Origin: Takakia lepidozioides
Lineage: Eukaryota; Plantae; Bryophyta
Direction of reading: 5' to 3'
DNA length: 64,000 nt
NCBI GenBank assembly: GCA_030704615.1
Contig: CM060733.1
Location: forward strand, 4,712,001 to 4,776,000
Each line of letters opens with the position of its first letter. Position 1 is the stretch's first letter. The position numbers and the translations under genes were made by a program. The notes under the pieces are model-generated. The model was not told where the DNA came from. It made no database searches and saw nothing but the letters and a program-made list of their open reading frames with translations. Below, piece after piece: positions 38,624 through 48,800 of the stretch.

Positions 38624-38625
<2 letters not shown>

Positions 38626-38657
<32 letters not shown>
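38626..38657. repeat. (CT)n microsatellite
   Basis: Read directly from the sequence. Confidence 0.9.
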
Positions 38658-38659
<2 letters not shown>

Positions 38660-39267
38660 GTATGCACCGAGAGAAAAACTCTAGCTCCTCTTACTCTCCC
38701 TCTCTCTCTCTTACACAATTTCCTAAATCCGGTTGTCACATTGTCGCCAAATCTATTTGTGTCACTGTGTTTGATATCTCTCTCTTGTTCACTTTTGCAT
38801 GGTTGATTTCCGCGGAACTAGATTGTATCTTCGATTCATAATTTCACTAGCTAGTATTGCCTCTCTCCTATCTCACCATATGTATCCTCTCTTTTCCACA
38901 CATCATCATAATTTATTTGATTTTCATTCTTTCTAGGCTCTAATTGGGGTTTACAAAAAAATCAATAGCATACCTTGTAAAGTTACCATCAAAAAGTTCA
39001 ATTAGCTAACAAATTGTAGCTAAAATTTTGGTAGTGGAGCTACAAGTTGCGTGATCACTGGCAATAAAGACCCCTGAATATTGGTTGGATTTTCCAAGGG
39101 TTGGGAACTGCCTCAAAACGAACATCACTAGAAGAACGTATGGTACAAGAAACAGACACACAAATTGTGGGAGCGAACAACGACTATGAAACCCAGTGTA
39201 TGTGAATACACTAACACTTCGTTGTGAGACCAAACACAAAAAGTGAATCGAAAAGTAGGCCGGCAAG

Positions 39268-42012
39268 ATGAATCACGGTTTGTTAACGGAGCGTGCGCTC
39301 CGTAATGTCTTTGAAATCACAAGCTACATCAGCTTCGGAACCGCAGATGATCCTTTCCCATACCCCATTAAAGCCCGTATGTACAAGATCTTTTTCCCAA
39401 ATTTGTATAATATTGCAGGAGGTCGCAAAATAGATTTTTCTGTATACCTTTCATATCGATGTGTTGTGTTAAATTTCCGCATTTGAAGATTACTAGCATT
39501 ACTACAGTTTGGGATTTTATCTCAATATTAAATGCATAATGTAATGCTGTGGGAAAATGCAGCCAAAAGGAGTGCCTTCTATGGCAAGCAGATTCAATCA
39601 CACACTCCAAAATTGGGATTCCAAACCAATGATGTGTTCTTCCAAAAAGAACATCCTTGGGTTTTTGATGTATGTATCTACACTCATCATATTACTGTTT
39701 GTTGTGATTTATGTAAATCACTTGAAGGCTACCAAGTCACATGAAAAATTGGGTAAATCATTAAAAAAAAGATGTATAACATGATGTTTATTTCACTGAC
39801 ACGTCATTGAATCATTGTGTTTTGTCAAATAGTTCAATCCTGAATTCAAACAAGTTAGTAAGGATAGTATAAGTGCTATTTGTCAATATGAAATTTCCCG
39901 AATTAATGTTTTCACATATTCCCTCACGGTGTTCCCTTTGTGTCTATGGGGGCCAGGGTGATCTATATGTCGACAGAAACATGTATATACAAGCACAGCC
40001 AGAGAGGTTTAAGGGCTTCCTTAGCTCAGATTTTTCAAAGATGGATGAGTTCAGCAGTGTATGCCGCACTGAACAATACCGCACACAACTCAAGGTATTG
40101 GAACACCTTTAAGACTCTCATGGCATTCCTTATAAACCTTGTAAAGTTAAGGACACAATCTTCAGTCAAAAACTAATGATACTCCAGGAAAATTTTATAT
40201 TGAATGATAAGAAGAATAAATGATATTCTGATATTTAGGAACTTATATATTTTGTCTACACCAAATGTTTATCTCACAAATAATCTCATTAGTAACCAGA
40301 TGGAGGAGAAACATGGAAAAAGATCCATTGCAATGGCAGAGGAGACAATGAAGAAATTGAAAGAGCAATACCCACAACTTGGCAAGCACATACCGACACG
40401 GGTAATTGAGTCCAAACTTTTGTTTTTCCAAACAAAAGAACTAGTCATTATGTTTCAATTCATGAGATTAGAGGTGGAAAATGGTGGTTTTCTTCAACAT
40501 GAGTTTGCAATGGTTATGGTACGGTAAGTTGACGCATCCTGCATTTGAATGACTTTAACTTGATTGTCCATTGGCAGTTTGATGGACCACAATTCCAATA
40601 CGATGTTGGAAGAGCCGGACTTGCGACCACAAAACATTGCTCCAAATGCCACAAGCAAACATATTACTGTCAACATAATATTGCCTATTGCAATAATAAT
40701 CCCACGTTAGTCAAGGTGAAAAATCTAGAATTCCACATGGGAGATATCATTTTACTGAATTTTACTATTGTATTGTATTTTTATTTTTATTGTTTCCAAC
40801 CCCAGCAAACTGTGCCTTAAGTGGGAAAATAAACCCCCTTTCTGAGCCATGGAGGCATTACAGGGGTAGAGCCCCAGCCTGAAGGCAGAGAGATAGAATA
40901 TATTCGAACCCCAGACCCATAGGCCAATACCCAAGTGGCTTACCAGGCCACAGCCCTGTTGTGTCAATTTAACCTAACTATCAATTAGCAAACAATTACA
41001 TCAGTGATATATATGCTCGATATTGTTCCTATTAATTTTCAGTCAAGAAAAACCTTAGTCTCTAATTAAAACAAATTTCATTTTTGACAGAATATTGCAT
41101 CTAAGCATGACACATCATACTGTGGAGAGCGAACCCAGATTATGAAGTTAATGCCTTAATGTATTGTAGAATTGTAACTTAACTAAAACCGTAATTGTTT
41201 TTTTTCTTTAAAAGGGAAACACCTGGGAGCGACAGCTCACACAAATCAGGCCCCTTGATAGAGAGAGGAGAAAATAACCTCTCAGTAAACTCGCCGTAAG
41301 GCTTTCCGATGCGAAACTGCGCAGGGAAGGGGGAGAAGAGCATACAACACCCATCAAGTAGCAGGATTTGACCCCAGGGTCATCCGGATAGCACTCAGTG
41401 CACTTTACCAACTGAGCTACTGACTGTTGGTGAAACTTAATTTTTCGTAAATCGTAATTTAAATCACTAATAAAGATATAGGAGAAAAATAAGAAAAATG
41501 AAAGAGTCATCTAGATATTGACACAAACAAGGTTTCTAAACTACAGAAAAAGGTTTTTAACCAACAGTCAGTAGCTCAGTTGGTTAAGTGCACTGAGTGC
41601 GACCCAGACGATTCTGGGGTCAAATCTTGCTACTGACGGGTGTGGTATGGTTCCTGGGTGGGGCCCCATTCCTACGCCTCATGGCGGGTTACTGTGAAAA
41701 GAGGTTATTTTCTCCTCTCGCTATCAAGGGGCCTGATTTGTGAGCTGTCGCTCCCAGGTGTTTCCCTTTAGAAAAAAAAAAACAAAAAAAGGTTTTTCAA
41801 AAACAAAAAGGAGTAGTAACCATACACTATTTCCGTTTTGTATACAGGAAAGTGGTGATTATCCGACAGCATCAAATGAATATGGAAGCACAGCAGCAAC
41901 TGCAAGTTATGCTAAGCCGCCGTTTGCTCGAAAGCCCATAGTAAGGGATACCTTCTACAGGAAAACAAATATTTTCTTCCCAAAGAAACAACCCACAGGC
42001 TTTTTAGGATAG
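39268..42012 (+). CDS. putative flagellar/cilia-associated protein, 6 exons (39268-39376, 39563-39669, 39957-40094, 40300-40401, 40578-40715, 41848-42012; 252 aa)
   Basis: All five introns are GT-AG with matching phases and give one open frame. Motifs TSYISFG, GKQ...PK.G, GFLSSDFSKMDEFS...TEQYR and FARKPIVRDTFYRKTN recall uncharacterised flagellar proteins of algae and protists. The function is recalled, not searched. Confidence 0.78.
41197..41430 (-). mobile_element. tRNA-derived SINE (minus strand, intron 5)
   Basis: Reverse complement of the 38050 family, including CCAACTGAGCTAC and a T tract. Confidence 0.88.
41560..41790 (+). mobile_element. tRNA-derived SINE with target-site duplication
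   Basis: Same family. AAAAAGGTTTTT occurs on both sides (about 41547 and 41786). Confidence 0.88.
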
Positions 42013-42806
42013 AGAGTTACACATCTGAGACCATAGCTTCACAACATTTTTCACTTTACTGCGTATTCAGAATACAGTATGGTAAGCATTCAGTTGGCAA
42101 TTTTGTCAAAGTGAAATGTTCTTCAGTATTTTCTCAGAACATACATACTAACCATGGAATGACATATTAAAGATTATATTATGTATGAAAGATTATTACT
42201 TCTTGGCACCAAATTTTCGTATTCAGTGGTCATTAGGTTGTACATGATGAGGTAGAGCCCATAAGGGTAAGAAAATTGATGACTGTTGACGTTGATATGA
42301 TGGCTTTTTACTACAAGTCACTCCAGCAATCCAATTCTCAGGATTGCTGCAATGTCTGTGTGAGGCCTTTCCTCGTGTTTCAAATGAGGTCAAATGAGTG
42401 AATAGTATCAACAGGCTATTCAATCATAAAGCTGGAGGCTCGTGCTTATGAGTCGCTTGATAGAATTTTTTACAATACTGAACCAAACAAGCAGCAAATA
42501 CTTGAGTCTGTATCCACACGTGAGAGTCAAACAGGTAGAATATATATTATTAGGCATATCTTTTGCCACCCCACAACATCTCTGAGAACCCATCCCATTC
42601 CCTGAAAGAGGAACAATCAACGCAATTTGGGTCACAATTTAAACGGTCATTCTCCACTGACAAGTCTAGCGACTTGTCCAGCAATGCTTGGAATCATAAT
42701 AAGTCGTTTCCAAAAACATTTTCGCAAGAGCTACTAATGGTATATTGGACTACAATCAACAAGACCTGGGGTAGGTCGATTTGGAGTAAAAATATTGGTG
42801 ACTTGG

Positions 42807-45800
42807 CTAGAGCCCTACTAGTCCCCTCACAGCCTCAATTTCCTGTGCACGCTGTTGGCCTTCTACCAGGACTTTGTGAGGCACAAATTTTGTACTTTGT
42901 GATCTTGGTGTAGATAGGGTTGGTCTCCACAGTATCTCACTCCCTCTTGCGTTGCTTACTGGTATTACGCTCCTGGAAGTCAAAATGCCAACTGGAATGA
43001 TTATCTCTCTTCTTTCTGTGCTCTGTGGACATATCTGGCCTCTCACTCCCCTATGCAAAAGGCACGACGAATTTCAAAGGTAGCACCTGTGTAAGGTAGA
43101 CAGCTGCGCTAGCAATGCTTTCAATACTGGCTTTCAGTGAAAATGCACAGGCTGTGAGAGATCGTCGTTAGTCTCCACAGAAACGTAGCTATGGATATCC
43201 TCTTTGGGGGCAGAAGCTAAGCCCTCACTGATCACGAATGCAAACTGCCAACTCCAAGTTGCCTATAAGGTATCTCCAAACTACATATACCACTAGGAAC
43301 CAAGATACAACATCCACAGGGGCTGTAGGGACTAAATACAGTTTGAAAGAAAGAAATGAAATGGTACTTTAGAACGAAAGAAAATCCATGATCTTTATAC
43401 CATCTATGGCTGCCTCAAAGAGCTTATGGGACAAAGAAAAGAGAACAGAGAAGAAAAAAAAAAAAAATGTACTCATAAAACGTTGTTTGCCGTAGCCCTG
43501 TGGCCATAGACCAAGCACCCAGTTTGGGTGGAACAAAAGGGAGCATATACTGTAACTATCTTTGTGAGGGGCTCACTCGGGTAGTGTGACTTACCTTGAT
43601 AGAGACAATTACTTCGGGTTTGCTAGATATCCTCTAGAAAGCCCTTCACACAAGCATCAACTTGCTGTGAGTGAGGTACCCAACAATTAGACCCCTCAAC
43701 AGGGCCAGGACCTTAGGCTCAGCCTCAAGATTTTGAAAATTGGTGAGAGAATGTACTCATAAGACGTTGTTTGCCGTAGCCTTGTGGCCATTGACCCCGC
43801 GCCCACTTTGAGCGGAACCCAAAGGGAAAGAATCTACCTTTGTCAGGGGCTGATGCCAGTAGTAAGACTTACCTTGGAATAAACAATTGATCCGGATTTT
43901 CCAGATATCCTCTAGAAATGCTTTTACACAAGCATCAACCTGATGTGTGCGGTTAGCCCAATAACTAGGCTCTTTATGGTGATGGGTTTTGGATTGGCGG
44001 TTTTGGTTGTGGGTCCCAAGAAGGCATGGGCTTTTGGCTCAGCCTTGAGACTTTCAAAGTTGGTAAACAGAGAGTGACAAAGGATGGTTCTGTGGGTTGA
44101 TTTGTCCAAGAAAATGCATCAACAACAAGGTATTTCTTTACATACATTCACAATTCCCTTGATAGATTTGAAGAGAGTGTCTCTCTGGTGAGGGAACCCC
44201 GGACAATGAAGTAAATGAATATTGTTTTCAGGTTGCCCACACAACCGGCAAGTGCACTCTCCCTTTCCTCTCTGCTTGTGTTTGATGTTCAAAGGTGGGC
44301 TTCCCGCCCTGAGTTTAAGTTTCAGTCTAGTGCCGAGAGTGGGAGAGCGATCCATTTGGACAATGTCTCCACTCTAGTCCTTACATGTCCAAGAAGAAAA
44401 AAGCAACATGGTATCATCAGTGCTCCTCTCACTGTATTGGAGAGATGATTGCGTAAGACAAAGGTGCAAACAAAAAAATGGTTGGTTTACACACGTGTTG
44501 AGAGGAGGGAGCCTTGAATCTTGCCGTGCTCGGAGTTCAGCAGCAGAAGTGCGGTGCACTATCCCTCCTACAGACTTGGCTGTCTCCAGTAGTGCTAAAC
44601 TCGCCCTTTGCTCAGCAAGATTCTGCACATATCCAGCCAACACATAAACAAGGATAGAAACGAAGCAGTGCAAATTATTGAAAAGAAACCAAGGCTGCAG
44701 ACTTTCTAGACCATGTCTATAGGATACAACTCTTAGTTGGGTGACAGAACTCGTGAGCTCTACTATAAAGTAAAACTCCTTTGTCAGCTTCAGCTGGGTG
44801 GCAAACGGGGTAGCTTGCACAATTACCACTATTGTATAGTGTTATTCAGTGCATGCAACTTGAATGGCTAGATAGACAGAGCAGTTTTTCAATTCCTCCT
44901 ATAAGGTAAGGTTTTCTTTGAAGTCCCTTCTTTCCCCACTGCTCAAAATATTCCACCCCATCCCCACCCCACTCTTCTTGCTCTCAGCATAGTTTCCAAT
45001 CATGCTTGCCAATGGACTGCTGCAAGCATGGGAAGTTATAGATCAGTCAATTGCATCTACAGCTATCCTGCCCTCAACTTCGTGTCACAGTTGTAGCAAT
45101 TGCTATTGAGTTGGCCAGTTTATGCAAGGTAGCTTCCATAGGTCTAGTTATTGACTCTTAAGGTGTGGCTTTCTTGCACATTGGCTGCTATTGCATGCAA
45201 ACAGAAAAGAAAATAGTAGCAGCAATTCGTCACACTTCCTTTGTGTTTGACAGCAATAGAGGGAATCCTGGCCCTTTGACAGCTCAACTGTACCCACAAG
45301 AGGTGTCTTCATGACAGACTTGGATTGATCTCAAGGCCTTTAGAGCACACTCCGATTCATCATGATGATAAGTTGTCAGAGGTTACAATGGCTTGAGACC
45401 TAGCATCAAAAGTCTTCCATCCTTGCTACACAACAATCCCAAGCCATGATCTCCAGCGTGGAACTCAACTCACCTCACATGTATGAGTCGCTATGTCTGC
45501 GTGAGGAAGCGAATCCATTTGCTGGTCGTCATTAACCATGCACGTAACCAAATCACATCAACCAGTGTAAGAAAGGAAAGCGATAACTTTTAGCCTCTAT
45601 TCGAATCTTAAATTCACCTTGAGAGGGCGTGCTCTTTTGTCAAGAGATCACCTCCAATATTCTTGGGTGTAACCTCAACATAGACCTATTGAACTTAAGC
45701 CTGAGACTTCCTCCACAGTGGCCTTAGTGCCCTAATCATAAAAGCTACCCGTTGATAAGTCCTCTGGTAAAAGGAGGAAAATGCCAGCTGAAGTAGAAAC

Positions 45801-48800
45801 AAGTAGTTTAGGTGAATCATACAGAAGAATGCATACTTAGCCACACTTCAGCAATTTGAGTACCTGACATGCTGACGGCCTGGGAACAGTGTCTGCAGAA
45901 GCCAATGACACCCGATGCACAGGCACAGGAGGCATCACAGGTAATTTCTTCTTGGGAAGTGGAGGTGTTGGATAAAACTCATACTGCTGTTGGTGTTTCT
46001 TGCGGTCTTCGTTTTGCAGTCTGCCCAGTACTTCCAAATAACTGCAACCCCATTTCCAAGTCAACAATGGAAGCTCTGTTTTTACATTGTCTGGAGTGCT
46101 CTCATGAGGCCATCACTTGGAAGTTTTCTGTGACTATAATCTCAATTTTTCCTTTTGCGGGGAAAGTAAATATGTTACTGTGTATGTTCCCACTTAAAAA
46201 AAATACGTACTTGTATCTAAATGAACCCTTCGAAAATCCATTGCCATCCAAGGGCACTTGTGCGCCCCCAGTCTTTGGCACTGGCATACCTGTCAAGGGG
46301 CTGTACAGCTGCTGATTCTCTGACCTGCAAAAGGTGTTTCTTAGGCAAGTGTCCCTTACCATGGTCTACTTTAGAGGCAACCTAAAAATCGACATTTTAA
46401 TGTTTCCAAGTTCGTTGGAGAAGAAATGAAATCAAATGGTGCTTTACAACGTCCACGGAAAGCTCATAGAGCTTATGGGACGAAATGGAAGAAACATGAG
46501 GGAGGAAACAAAACCAGAGCCAAAAATAAAACTGTTGCTCCAGTGATTGTCTAAGGGTGAAGGCCTTGTGCAGGTAAGCTGCCAAGCATTTCTGATCCTC
46601 AAAGTGGAAGAAAGTAGTCCTCACAGTGGTACCTTCTAATGTCCGCGGGAAGCTCAAAGAGATTATGGGACAAGAGGAAGAAAGAAACAAGAGAGGGGTG
46701 ACAAACAGCCCAAAAGCAACTAAAGCTCAAGGGATTGTCTAAGAGTCAACTTAATGCAGATAAGCTGCCAGAATTCCTGTTCGTTGTAATGGAAGACCTC
46801 CATGAGAGATTCATCATCATAGAGATTATCCTAGTATCTCAGAGAAATGAAATGAAATGAAATGGTGCTTTATAACGTCCGCGGAAAGCTCATAGAGCTT
46901 ATGGGACAAAATGGAAGAAAACATGAGAGAGGAAACAAAACCAGAACCCAAGAATAAGAACTAATGTTCTAGTGATTGTCTAAGGGTGACGGCCTCGTGC
47001 AGGTAAGCTGCCAAGCATTTCTGATCCTCATAGTGGAAGACTTCAGTGAGAGATTGGGTTCCACTGAATAAAGAAAGAAACATTATAACACCCTGCTACA
47101 AAGTAAACCATCACCAAAGACTTCGTTACTGGGTACTGAAGTGCCTCAGACTAGAAGAGGAAGAAGAACAAGATTATAACACCGACAAGAGATTGTACTC
47201 ATAAGACGTTGTTTGCCGTAGCCTTGTGGCCATTGACCCCGCGCCCAGTTTGAGCGGGAACAAAAGGGACAGAACCTACCTCTGTCAGGGGCTGACGTTG
47301 GTAGTAAGACTTACCTCCATATATAGAATTAATCTGGGTTTTCCAGATATCCTCTAGAAATCCCTTCACACAAATGCTGTGTGTGATTTGCCCAAAAACT
47401 AGGCCTCAGGAGGGCCTGGGCTTTTGGCTCAGCCTCGAGACTTTCAAAGTTGGTAAACAGGGGTACAGGCACAATACCCTTAATAGATTTGAAGAGAGCG
47501 TCTCTTTGGTGAGAGAACCCCGGACAGTGTATCAGAAAATGAATACTGTCTTCAGATTGCCCACACAACGGGCAATTGCACTCTCCCTTTCCTCTCTGCT
47601 TCTGTTTGCTGTTCAAAGGTAGGCTTCCTGCCCTGAGTTTAAATTTCAGTCTAGTGCCGAGAGTGGGTAGACCCTTGAGGTCATCCAAGATGTCCTCCCT
47701 GTTGGAGTGTCAAGGTTATAGCCCTTGCACGGCACTTTGAGAACAGAATGGGACGGGTAGCTCAGTGGTAGAGCACCCCACCGGAATGGGGGAGGTCCTA
47801 GGTTCAATCCCTAGCCCGACCACACGCCAGTGGTTTTCCAACATGGTATCAGAGCCAAGGTTGGGGCGGTGGTCAGAATGGGTGGGCATTAGCTATAAGG
47901 GCTATGCCTTGAGGGGGAGTGTTGGAGTGTCAAGGTTATAGCCCTTGCACGGCACTTTGAGAACAGAATGGGATGGGTAGCTCAGTGGTAGAGCACCCCA
48001 CCGGAATGGGGGAGGTCCTAGGTTCAATCCCTAGCCCGACCACACGCCAGTGGTTTTCCAACACTCCCCCATGTCACAGACTGGAAACAAGTTCAGGGAA
48101 GTTTTCTGCCTAACTTCATTTTCATCAGACAATCTCATGGCAACAGACATGGCTGAGGACACTACAGCCTCTAAGTCAGATTTATCCAGCAGGGTCAAGA
48201 CTTGCGGATCCAGGTCCAGGTCCTTGAGGATCTCTTCTACTCTCTTCTGCCAGGACTTAGCCTGTTTGACAGGGCGGTCCTGTTTCCAAGATATAGAGTC
48301 GATTAACTTAGGATATCTGGTGTTGGGCATATGTTGCAGCTGACCCCACCATCTGACCTTGAATTCATCTCGTCGGGAGCTTAAGGACGGAATGCCAAAC
48401 TCACCCCGAACAGCCACATTGGCTGTTTTGGAGCATGCTGACATACACTCCTTAAGCACCCCCACTTGAATGGATTCTAGAGACTTAGCCTGGTTGGAGT
48501 TATCAACCCATATAGCAGATCCGTACTCCAAGGCAGGTCTAATAACGCGACAAAGCATGGTTTTCTTAACCTCAGAGTTGACCCCTCTGCAGTGGAAAAA
48601 TTTAGTGAGCCCCAGAGCTTTGCCCTTGCCAGTTTGAACAACTTTCCGGATATGTGCATCCCAATTACAATTGGAGGAGAACTCAACGCCCAGGTAAGTG
48701 TAGGAAGGGAGGACCGGGATCTCTTGACTACCCCACTGTCACTTGAGATCACTTCCTCCCTCTCCTCTGTCGTTGAATGCTACCACTGCACATTTGCTGA

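Larger units (their letters stand above)
47700..48063 (+). mobile_element. TRIM (miniature non-autonomous LTR retrotransposon) with tRNA-containing LTRs
   Basis: LTRs 47700-47843 and 47920-48063 (TGTTGG...CCAACA, 143/144 identical). PBS TGGTATCAGAGCC at 47844-47856, PPT GAGGGGGAG at 47911-47919, 5-bp TSD CTCCC. Confidence 0.96.

Noticed and set aside
47751-48042. Two genuine tRNA genes (nominal GGA anticodon)
   Set aside because: C at position 33, a mismatched anticodon-stem closing pair and an acceptor mismatch, no long variable arm as expected for Ser, and both copies lie inside LTRs.
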